Assembly (NCBI GenBank): GCA_963822955.1
Contig: CAWGJS010000002.1
Location: 2,295,688-2,359,687, forward strand
DNA from: an uncultured Actinomycetota bacterium
GTDB taxonomy: Bacteria > Actinomycetota > Actinomycetes > Streptosporangiales > Streptosporangiaceae
Direction of reading: 5' to 3'
Length of the DNA stretch: 64,000 nucleotides
Positions 29,218 to 37,468 of this stretch are shown here, piece after piece (within the stretch, counting starts at the first letter, position 1; each line of letters opens with the position of its first letter). The notes beneath the pieces are model-generated. The model saw nothing but the letters and a program-made list of their open reading frames with translations, was not told where the DNA came from and ran no database searches. The translations under genes were made by a program, and so were the position numbers.

Positions 29218-30368
29218 GAGCTCATCGCCTTCACCAGCCCGCGCAGGGTGGGCAGGTCAATCTCGTTGCCCTGCTCCCGCAAAGACCGGATCGCGGCGAT
29301 GACCATAGCCGGGTCCCGGGCGCCGGTGAACTCGGCGGTCGCTTTCGGCCCCCACTGGGCCAGGCCGCTGACCGACAGCGGCGCCCAGCCTGGCGGCACC
29401 GAGGAGTCGAACACGTCTCCGTCGGCATAGTGCTCGAACATCAGCCGGTCGGTGTCCCGCCAGTAGTCGAAGATCTGGCTGCCCTGGATGTGCCGGCCGA
29501 TGCCCCACGAGTGCCGGTAGCCGTGAGAGAGCAGGTACTGCCCGCTTGCGGCGACCTCGTCCAGGTCGGTGAGCTGGTAGGCGGAGTGGACGTAGCCGGT
29601 GTGCGGCTGCAGCAGCATCGCCAGGGTGTGGTGGTCGGTCGGCACGCTGCCCTGATCGCACCGGATGAACGCCATGACGGGTCCGCGGCCGCGCTGGCCG
29701 TCCAGGTAGCAGAAGTCGCTCACGATCAGCCCGAGCGTGTCCAGGTACCAGTCCAGCGCCGCCTGGAACCGGGTGGTTCCCAGCACGACGTGGCCGAGCC
29801 GCTCGATCTCGGCCGGCCGGTGCTCCAGGCGCTGGGCGGCGTTCACCCGGACCGGCGCCGGCCCGAAGTTCAGCGGCAGCGGGCCGCGCTCCGGCAACGC
29901 GGGCTGCTCGGGGACGCCGAACGTGACGCGGACCGGAAGGCCGCTCGGGTCGCGCAGTTCGACCGCGTGCCCGCCCCGATACCCGGTCACGTCCGTGCCA
30001 GTCCCGCGGGCCAGCCGGTCAAGATCCTCGCGCGCGGCGGCCTGGAACGCCGGCCCGGTGAAGCGCGGCCTCGGGCCGGGCCGGATGACCAGGCATGGAG
30101 CCGCGGCCTGACGGCCCCGCAGCACCAGAGCCTCGGGCGAGCGGTCGGCGACGGTGAACCCGAAATCAGTGAGGAACTTCTCGGCCTTGCTCAGGTCTGG
30201 CTTCTCGAACTCCAGCCAGGCCAGCCCGGCCACCTTGATGAGCGGATCGCGCGAGCGGCCCGGATGCTCGTCGCGCCGCGCCCCGTCCTCGCTGTGCAGC
30301 GCGCGGTGCGGATCCTGGCCCTGACTCTGCGTGGCCGGCGAGCCGGACCGGCTGCCCTGCGTGACCAT
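29214..30368 (-). CDS. two-domain VOC-superfamily extradiol ring-cleavage dioxygenase-like protein
   Basis: Two glyoxalase/VOC-like modules (LAWLEFEKPDL...; LGHVVLGTTRFQAALDWY...HHTLAM...HSAYQ). GGGAG RBS lies before the ATG at 30368. The stop overlaps the FAH ATG. Confidence 0.65.
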   Translation of the reverse strand: MVTQGSRSGSPATQSQGQDPHRALHSEDGARRDEHPGRSRDPLIKVAGLAWLEFEKPDLSKAEKFLTDFGFTVADRSPEALVLRGRQAAAPCLVIRPGPRPRFTGPAFQAAAREDLDRLARGTGTDVTGYRGGHAVELRDPSGLPVRVTFGVPEQPALPERGPLPLNFGPAPVRVNAAQRLEHRPAEIERLGHVVLGTTRFQAALDWYLDTLGLIVSDFCYLDGQRGRGPVMAFIRCDQGSVPTDHHTLAMLLQPHTGYVHSAYQLTDLDEVAASGQYLLSHGYRHSWGIGRHIQGSQIFDYWRDTDRLMFEHYADGDVFDSSVPPGWAPLSVSGLAQWGPKATAEFTGARDPAMVIAAIRSLREQGNEIDLPTLRGLVKAMSS

Positions 30369-30595
30369 GGTCGCTCCCTTCGCCGGATTCATGCATGGCC
30401 GCATCAATATTGATGACTAGTATCAGTTATGATTTTCGGATCGTCAAGGTTCATCCTGGCTGCCCCGCCGACCGCGTGAGCATGCGAGCGCGAGGCGGCT
30501 GCCACGATCAGTTCTGTCACCAGACGCAGGAATGCGCCAGGACAGCAATCGCGGCCCTACACCGGCTGGCCGTCCTGAAAGCGCGCGCTAGCGCC

Positions 30596-30601
30596 GGGTA
30601 T
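30596..30601 (+). promoter_or_regulatory. GGGTAT -10-like element (SigB/SigF-type candidate)
   Basis: Lies 48 nt upstream of the ATG at 30649. Confidence 0.3.
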
Positions 30602-30648
30602 CCACGTAGAGGAGCAGACAGTCGGGCCGCAGGCTCGCCGGAGGGCGA

Positions 30649-31674
30649 ATGCCAGGTCAGCGCAGATCCGGACGAGGTAGGAATGCCTCCTCCGCCGCCA
30701 GTCATCGCCCGCTGACCTGCAAGCTGCTGCTGCGCCGGGCAGTCGTTGTGGCCGTCGCCGGCCTGGTCATTTACCTGCTGCTGCCGAAGCTGACCCAGGT
30801 GCTGGCCTCGTGGCCGCGCCTGGCCGGCCTCGCCCCGGCCTGGATGGTGCTGGCGCTGGCCGCCGAGGTGGCCTCCTTTGCATGCTACTTCGGCCTCCAG
30901 CGCGCGGGGCTGCGGACCAGCGCGTGGTTCCCATTGGTAACCGCGGGCCTGACGGGGAACGCCGTCAGCGGCCTCCTGCCCGGCGGGTCGGCGGCTGGCG
31001 CCACGCTCCAGTTCGAGATGCTCTCAGCCGCGGGGCTGGACACCGATAGCACGGTCAGCGGCCTTGCGGCCATCTCGCTCATCAACGTGGCTGCCCTGCT
31101 CGCCCTGCCGCTGCTGGCCCTCCCGGCGATGCTGGCCGGCATCGCGGCCAGTCCCGGCCTCGTGCACGCCGGTCTTGTCGGCGTCGCGGGCTTTGTCCTG
31201 CTCGCCGCGGCTGGCGGCGTCGTCCTGCACGCCGACTGGCCGCTGCGCGGCCTGGCACGCGCCGTTCAGAGCCTGCACAACCACGTCTTCGCGCGCCACC
31301 GTCAGCCGGTGACGGGGCTGGACAAGCGGTTCCTGGCCGACCGGGACTCGGTCCGGGAGGTCCTGGGACGCCGCTGGCGCCAGGCGCTGCTGCTGACCAC
31401 AGGCCGGATCGGCTTCGACTTCGGCTGCCTGCTGGGCGCCCTGCGCGCAACCGGCGCTCACCCTCAGCCATCGCTTGCATTGCTGGCATATGCGGCGGCC
31501 AATATCGTCGCCCTGATCCCCCTGACGCCCGGCGGCCTCGGCATCGTGGAAGCCAGCCTTGCCAGCCTCCTCGTCCTCGCGGGCGTGCCCAGTAGTTCGG
31601 CGTTCGTGGCCACCCTGGCCTACCGGCTGTTCGCCTACTGGCTGCCGGTCCTGGCCGGCGGCTGGCCTACCTGA
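30649..31674 (+). CDS. UPF0104/YbhN-type membrane protein (lysylphosphatidylglycerol-synthase TM-region / flippase-like)
   Basis: About 8 TM helices. The C-terminal ALIPLTPGGLGIVEASL motif is typical of the family. Confidence 0.65.
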   Translation: MPGQRRSGRGRNASSAASHRPLTCKLLLRRAVVVAVAGLVIYLLLPKLTQVLASWPRLAGLAPAWMVLALAAEVASFACYFGLQRAGLRTSAWFPLVTAGLTGNAVSGLLPGGSAAGATLQFEMLSAAGLDTDSTVSGLAAISLINVAALLALPLLALPAMLAGIAASPGLVHAGLVGVAGFVLLAAAGGVVLHADWPLRGLARAVQSLHNHVFARHRQPVTGLDKRFLADRDSVREVLGRRWRQALLLTTGRIGFDFGCLLGALRATGAHPQPSLALLAYAAANIVALIPLTPGGLGIVEASLASLLVLAGVPSSSAFVATLAYRLFAYWLPVLAGGWPT

Positions 31675-31815
31675 TGTTCCGCCATCGCTATGGCGCAGCG
31701 TGGCGGCGATCGTCACCTCATCAAGCCGGCAAGTAGCGCATCCCGGATGTCCCGCCGGTCCCTGGCTCCGGGTCAGGATTGGCCGGCAGATTCATGATGG
31801 CTGCTCGTCGCTGAC

Positions 31816-31821
31816 GGGTAT
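31816..31821 (+). promoter_or_regulatory. GGGTAT -10-like element (SigB/SigF-type candidate)
   Basis: Lies 62 nt upstream of the hdeD-like ATG at 31883. Confidence 0.3.
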
Positions 31822-31882
31822 CGCTCACTGAATAAAGTACGGCGGGCTGACTCCCAGCGACGACGATTCCTGGGGGGACGAG

Positions 31883-32500
31883 ATGAGCGTCAGAAGCACC
31901 ACCAAGGTGGAGTCCGGGCCGATGCAGCTGGCCAGGCGGCTGACCGGGCCGTGGTGGGCATTCCTGCTCGCAGGGATCGCCTGGGTCCTCATCTCAGTCA
32001 TCATCCTGCGCTTCAACATCGCCTCAGTGGCGACCATCGGCATCCTGCTCGGGGCGCTGTTCCTGCTCTCCGCGGTGGAGGAGTTCGTGATCGCAGCGGT
32101 CCGGCCCGGGTGGGGGTGGGCGCACGCGCTGCTCGGCATCTTGTTCATCGGCGGCGCGATATGGTCATTCATGACGCCCTACGGGGCGTTCTGGGCCCTT
32201 GCGTCTGTCCTCGGCATCCTGCTCGTCTTGGCCGGCACGGTGCACATCATCACCGCGATCTACAGCAGGGTCCTCAACGACGCGTGGTGGTTCGGCGTCA
32301 TCGGCGGGCTGCTGGAAGTCTTCATCGGCTTCTGGGTCTCCGCGCAGTCGTTCCGCGCGCAGGCGGTCTTCCTGATCATCTGGGCCGGCCTGCTCGCGCT
32401 GTTCCGCGGCATCTTCGAGATCGTGCTGGCGTTCGAGATGCGCGCCGCGCAGTCGCAGCTGGAGAGTTCAGCTCCCGGCCGGGCACCAGCAAGGCGCTAG
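31883..32500 (+). CDS. HdeD-family (DUF308) acid-resistance membrane protein
   Basis: Repeated DUF308 helices: WWAFLLAGIAWVLISVIILRF, GILLGALFLLSAVEEF, WWFGVIGGLLEVFIGFW. Confidence 0.75.
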   Translation: MSVRSTTKVESGPMQLARRLTGPWWAFLLAGIAWVLISVIILRFNIASVATIGILLGALFLLSAVEEFVIAAVRPGWGWAHALLGILFIGGAIWSFMTPYGAFWALASVLGILLVLAGTVHIITAIYSRVLNDAWWFGVIGGLLEVFIGFWVSAQSFRAQAVFLIIWAGLLALFRGIFEIVLAFEMRAAQSQLESSAPGRAPARR

Positions 32501-33633
32501 TTACCGGTGCCGGATGGCGGTGAGCCATCGGGTGCGGTTTCCCGCCACAGGTCCCGGATGACGGCCTGAAGCGCTGCGGCAGTCGGAATCGCCAGCAGCG
32601 CCGCCACGAGACCTCCGAAAACTCCGCCTAGCCAGCCGCCAATGGACGCCCCGACCAGAACCGAGACCAGGACAAACAGCGGGCTGACTCGCACCGTCTT
32701 GCTCATGACAACCGGATTGAGCACGTGGTTCTCGATCTGGGTGTACACGACGAAGACAACTGCGGTGACGATGCCCGCCGTCAGCGAATGGGCCACAGCG
32801 AACAGCACCGTCGGGATCCCTGCGAGCGCGCCGCCCACTGCCGGCAGGAAGTCGACAAGCGCTACCCAGAGTCCCCACAGATACGGGAACGGGACGCCCA
32901 GGATTAGCAGCGTGATGAACACGACGACGCCGGCGATCAGCGATGTAAGGCAATTGCCCGACATATAGCCGGCGGCCGCGCGACTGGCCTCGTCGGCAAG
33001 CCGGGAGAATTTTCCGGCGTGGACGGGCGACATCCCGTTTAGTATCCCGCGCATCAGCGCGGGCCCCTCCAGGAGCAAGAGCACGACCAGCGCGAAGACC
33101 GTCGCCAGCGCCGCGACCAGCGATGCGGCGCCCTTACCCACGGTCAGGGCCGGCCTGGCCAGATCCTGGCCGAATCTGACGAGCTTTGCTTCATTACGCC
33201 GGACCCACGCTGCGACGTGGTACTGGCGCACGAGATGACCAGCCCAGCCCCGGCCGTGCTCAGCCCGGGCGACATACCCGGGCATGGCGTGGGCCAGATG
33301 AGCGATCCCGTGCGAGAGCGGATAACCGAATGCTGCCGCCAGGCCAGCAAACACCAGCACCAGGAGCACTGTCACGACAAAGACTGCCATACCACGGCGC
33401 CGGATCCCCCGGCGCTGCAGGCCAGCGACCAGAGGGTTCAACAGCACCGCGGAAAAGCCCGCGATCAGCAGCAGCAAGACAACGTCGCGCAGCCGGTAAA
33501 GCAGCTTTCCGGCCAGGTAGGTTGCGGCGACGACGGCCACCGTCGCGATGATTGCCTGCAACGGAATGCCCTTGGCATTGGCACCAGCCCAGAACCTTTC
33601 CGCCCGGGAGGCTGGCCGCCGATCCTTCCCCAC
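32497..33633 (-). CDS. AI-2E family transporter (PerM/UPF0118)
   Basis: Polytopic. Carries ...LWVALVDFLPAVGGALAGIPTVLFA... and YTQIENHVLNPVVMSKTV motifs. Confidence 0.8.
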   Translation of the reverse strand: MGKDRRPASRAERFWAGANAKGIPLQAIIATVAVVAATYLAGKLLYRLRDVVLLLLIAGFSAVLLNPLVAGLQRRGIRRRGMAVFVVTVLLVLVFAGLAAAFGYPLSHGIAHLAHAMPGYVARAEHGRGWAGHLVRQYHVAAWVRRNEAKLVRFGQDLARPALTVGKGAASLVAALATVFALVVLLLLEGPALMRGILNGMSPVHAGKFSRLADEASRAAAGYMSGNCLTSLIAGVVVFITLLILGVPFPYLWGLWVALVDFLPAVGGALAGIPTVLFAVAHSLTAGIVTAVVFVVYTQIENHVLNPVVMSKTVRVSPLFVLVSVLVGASIGGWLGGVFGGLVAALLAIPTAAALQAVIRDLWRETAPDGSPPSGTGN

Positions 33634-33744
33634 GCAGCCATCATGACAAGCACGGCTGACCAGCCCGCAGGCGGCTTGCTGCGGGTCCGGCGCCGCCTCT
33701 TCGTTCTCCCGGCTGACCGCGCTGCGCAGGATGCGCTAGTCGAT

Positions 33745-33870
33745 CTAGGGACGAAGCCGCCTGCGTGCGCGAGAATGAACTTGAGCCCGTCGTATTTCTT
33801 CGTCGCGCCCGAGAGGATCAGGCTGATCGCAGCGCGTGTGCTGTCGAGCCCGTTGCGGGCGCGCCTTTGG
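33745..33870 (-). pseudogene. short amidohydrolase_2 fragment
   Basis: NGLDSTRAAISLILSGATKKYDGLKFILAHAGGFVP parallels the 22.2-kb remnant. No flanking homologous sequence is present. Confidence 0.35.
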
Positions 33871-34087
33871 CAGCGCGTTCCCGGGACGCACCTGGCCGCC
33901 GAGATGCCCGCCCTGGACGGGTTGGCCCCTGTCGGCCCAGGATCCGCACGCCGGAGCGTTTTCTCCACGACGCCCGCTACTTCACAAGATTCCCGAATTC
34001 TGCCGGACGCCCGGCCGACGGCCGGGGTAGCCGAACGCGGCCCGGCCAGGCTGGCCAGGGGCGAACGGCTTTCACCCCGCATGGCGC

Positions 34088-34093
34088 GGGTAC
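34088..34093 (+). promoter_or_regulatory. GGCTT-N16-GGGTAC, SigF/SigB-like promoter candidate
   Basis: ggctttcaccccgcatggcgcGGGTAC lies 70 nt upstream of the ATG at 34163. A second GGGATA is at 34119-34124. Confidence 0.35.
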
Positions 34094-34162
34094 GCCCAGA
34101 ACGTCATTCTCTGCAGGCGGGATATCGGGAAGTTGCAGGTCCGCTGCCCGGGAGAGGGGGAG

Positions 34163-34819
34163 ATGCGGGAGGCCAGGGATATCCGCGAGGCCGTGGAAGA
34201 AGAGCTGTGCCGCGATCGCCTCCTGGACGCGGGCGCAATCAGCGTCATCAACATCGGCGGGAACGTGGCGCTCAACGGCAAGGTGCCGAGCTACCCGCAG
34301 TACTTGCAGGCAGCCGAGGCAGCACGGCGCGTCGCGGGCGCGACCAGCGTGCGCAACCACCTGCAGGTGGTACTGCCGCCAGAGGATTACCGTGACGACG
34401 CCATGCTCACCACGGCCGCCAACAACGCGCTCGCAGCCAGCGCCGCGGTGCCAGAAGGGGTCGAGGCGACCGCGAAGGATGGCAACCTCACGCTGACCGG
34501 CTCGGTAAAGTACGGCAGCCAGCGCGGGGCCGCCGAATCCGCCGTTAGCGCCCTGACAGGTGTCCGCGATGTCAGGGACCACACTGATCTGGTTTTCGAC
34601 GTGGACCCCGATGATGTGAACCGGCTAGTCAGCGAGGCGCTCCGCCGCCACGCGGTGGCTCCCGGCGACAGCAGCGTGGTTGCCGTCACCAGCGGTAACA
34701 CGGTCATGCTCAGCGGCCGGGTGCGGACCCAGGCACAACGTGACGCCGTGGTCGGCGCCGCATGGCGCGGACGCGCCGTCATGGCCGTCATCGATGACGC
34801 GCTCCAGATCACCGGGTGA
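34163..34819 (+). CDS. BON-domain (OsmY-like) protein, paralog 2
   Basis: Same architecture as the other two copies (REARDIREAVEEEL..., three BON repeats, ends ...ITG). GGGGGAG RBS. Confidence 0.8.
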   Translation: MREARDIREAVEEELCRDRLLDAGAISVINIGGNVALNGKVPSYPQYLQAAEAARRVAGATSVRNHLQVVLPPEDYRDDAMLTTAANNALAASAAVPEGVEATAKDGNLTLTGSVKYGSQRGAAESAVSALTGVRDVRDHTDLVFDVDPDDVNRLVSEALRRHAVAPGDSSVVAVTSGNTVMLSGRVRTQAQRDAVVGAAWRGRAVMAVIDDALQITG

Positions 34820-35617
34820 CCGCCGGCGATGGCGCACGCAAACAGAATTCGCTGCGCAGCCGCAGCCTCGGAGGGACGAGCAGGCGCGGCGAGTGAAGGC
34901 TCGCGCGGCATCGCCGGCTCACCTATCGGCGCGGCGCGGGCCATCCTCAAGGGTCAGCGTGACTGGACGTATCCGCCGACAGTCAAGGGCGCCCGTAGCC
35001 TGCCCGTCAGCGGTGCGGCAGTCGGCGATCAAGGCGATGGACAATACCCGCCGCTGCGGCGGCTGCTCGGACTGCGCCGTCCGGAGCCAACAGCGTTGCC
35101 GCTGACTCGGTCATGTCCAGCGTGGATTCGTCCTGGGATCGCGTGGCGCCCACGACGCGCCGGGGCGGCGCTCAGCCGCTGTTCGAGCGCGAGACGGATG
35201 GTCAATCCGGACATTCGCCCGTACAGCCCGCGGCGTCCATACTGCCCGGCTGGTCGACCGCCTGTGGCGCTGACCCGCTGTCATCCTTGCTGGTTTCGGG
35301 CTGCGTGCAGGACCAAGTCAGAGAGCCAACGCGGACGCCGAGGCTGCTGAGGATGACGCTCTCGTCACTCTGGGCTTCGTTTCGTGGGCGATCGAGCACA
35401 CGGAGGCCGCTGTCCTCGACGCAATAGATGCCCGAAGCTGGGCAGACAGTCGGGCCGCTTTCTCTCCGACCAGCTGAGGCGGCGACCGCCACCATCCGGC
35501 GAGCGGCCGGTTCTCCGTTGCTGTGCGCCGTAGAAGGCGGGCTGAGTTCCGTGAGCATCAGTCAGTACATCCAGCCAGGACGGCAGGCAGGCCAGCGTCC
35601 CGCCCGGCGCCCGCCTG

Positions 35618-36090
35618 GTGCGGCAGGCAGGCCCGTGGTGGCTGATCCTGCTGACCGGGATCGCCTGGCTGATCATCACCGTGGTCGTGCTGAGGTTCTC
35701 GATTCGCCTCAGCGGCCACCATCGGCGTCCTCGTCGGTGCCGTCTTCCTGGCGGCGATCGCGGGCGAGTTCCTGCTCGCCTCGGCCGCGCTGGGGCTCGG
35801 CGCATGCCCTGCTGGACCTGCTGTTCCTCGGCGCGGCGATGCGGGCATTCGTCGATCCGCTCGGCACCCTCTGGTCCCTGTCCTCCGTCGTCGGGCTGCT
35901 GATCCTGCAGGGAGCCTTCGTGCTCATCACCTCGACCGGGTCCAGGGTGGTCAACAGCGTCGGTGGCTCGGCGTGATCTCCGGCATCCTGGAGATCCTCA
36001 TCGGCTTCCGGGCCCCCCTGCAGGCGCTGCCGGCCCGCGCCGTGGCGTCAAGGACGGGCTGGTCCCCGTGGTGACGACTGGCGGCTGGTG
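35618..36090 (+). pseudogene. HdeD-family paralog, multiply frameshifted and C-terminally eroded
   Basis: GPWWLILLTGIAWLIITVVVLRFSI, ASAATIGVLVGAVFLAAIAGEF, AHALLDLLFLGAAMRAFVDPLGTLWSLSSVVGLLIL and WLGVISGILEILIGF lie in different frames. Confidence 0.55.
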
Positions 36091-36095
36091 GCCGT

Positions 36096-36101
36096 GGGTA
36101 A
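36096..36101 (+). promoter_or_regulatory. GGGTAA -10-like element (SigB/SigF-type candidate)
   Basis: Lies 58 nt upstream of the GTG at 36159. Confidence 0.3.
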
Positions 36102-36158
36102 ATCCAAGAGACAGAACAAAGAGAACAGCCGCCCGATGGCAGGGAGGGGGACCTGGCC

Positions 36159-36839
36159 GTGGCACCGAAAAGCCCGCGCGAGGCAGCTCAGAGGAATAAG
36201 GACGTCCGCCAGGCGGTCCAGAAGGAGCTGGAGTTTGACCCGCTGGTCGACGCGTCCGGCATCGCGGTCAGGAACATGAACGGCGATGTGGCGCTGAACG
36301 GCACGGTGACCAGCTACCCGCAGTACCTGCAGGCGGCCGCAGCAGCCAGGCGAGTACGGGGGGTGACCAGGGTGCATAACCACCTGATGGTGGACCTGCC
36401 GTTCGCCGACTACCGGGACGACGTGCTGCTGACCACGGATGCCAACAACGCGCTGGCGACGACTGTCAGCGTGCCGCGCAGCGTCGAGGCCAGCGCCAGC
36501 GACGGTGATGTCTGGCTGACCGGCACAGTGGACAACCGCTTTCAGCGGGACGAGGCCGAGCGCGCCGTCGCCGGGATGACCGGCGTGCGCGGCATCATCG
36601 ACGACATCGAGATCTTCAGCGATCTGGAGGCGGCCAACGTGGCCGACCTGGTGCAGGGCGCCCTTGACCGATACGGGCTGCTCCCAGGTGACACCGATGT
36701 CCGGGTAGGCGCCAGCGACGGCACCGTCACCCTCACCGGCCATGTCGAAACCTGGGGCGAGCATGACGCTGTCATCGACGCCGCCTGGAGGGGCATCGGC
36801 GTCAAGAACGTCAGCGACGACCTGGTAGTCACCGGCTGA
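36159..36839 (+). CDS. BON-domain (OsmY-like) protein, paralog 3 (intact)
   Basis: 226 aa with three BON repeats. GTG start follows GGGAGGGGGAC. Confidence 0.85.
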   Translation: MAPKSPREAAQRNKDVRQAVQKELEFDPLVDASGIAVRNMNGDVALNGTVTSYPQYLQAAAAARRVRGVTRVHNHLMVDLPFADYRDDVLLTTDANNALATTVSVPRSVEASASDGDVWLTGTVDNRFQRDEAERAVAGMTGVRGIIDDIEIFSDLEAANVADLVQGALDRYGLLPGDTDVRVGASDGTVTLTGHVETWGEHDAVIDAAWRGIGVKNVSDDLVVTG

Positions 36840-37468
36840 CCTGATCGGCTTTCCGCACCGCTAGCCTCACGCGGGCGCTGGCAACTCTCACACAAACCGG
36901 CGGCAGGCCAGCGCCCGCTGCCGCGCCGGCCTTGGCCTGGCACGGCAGACCGCCAGTCCTGGTACCTTGCGCCGGAGATTCTTCGCCGGCCTCCCGGACC
37001 AGGTCCTGCTCGACCGGAGCCACCCGTTCCGTCGGCGGCGCGCTCGAGCAGCTCAGCCCGCTCGCGCGCGACCTCACCGGCCGACTCCGCACGATGCCGG
37101 GCCGCACCTGAGAGCGCCGCCACCCCTAGGCCCAGCGGATGGCCATGCCCCGGTTCACATCCACAGCCCGCTGGAGAAATCGAAGTAGCGCTCCACGACC
37201 GGGACTAGATCCACCTGGGGCAGCAGCATGGGAGACCTGTCACCGAGCTTCCCTGCGCGCTGCGTCCAGACTCAGCGGCCCTGTCCGCCGCGCTGCTCAA
37301 CTGCCCGGCCGCCATTCACGCGCCGACCCGTCCTGGGCTGGGTACATAACAGCTGCCGGGCGCAAGCACCTCTGGGTTTCCGAGCACAAGCCCAGCTAAC
37401 GCGGGGGCAACGGCGCCCAGCCGCCGGATAACTCAACCGGGCGGCGGGGCAAGGGGGCAGGAACGATC

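Noticed and set aside
35202-35558. A possible ferredoxin remnant on the minus strand (...TVCPASGIYCVEDSG...).
   Set aside because: It resembles only the C-terminal CP..AI.vE motif. The N-terminal Cys cluster is absent and the rest has no Fe-S spacing. The evidence is too weak for a call.
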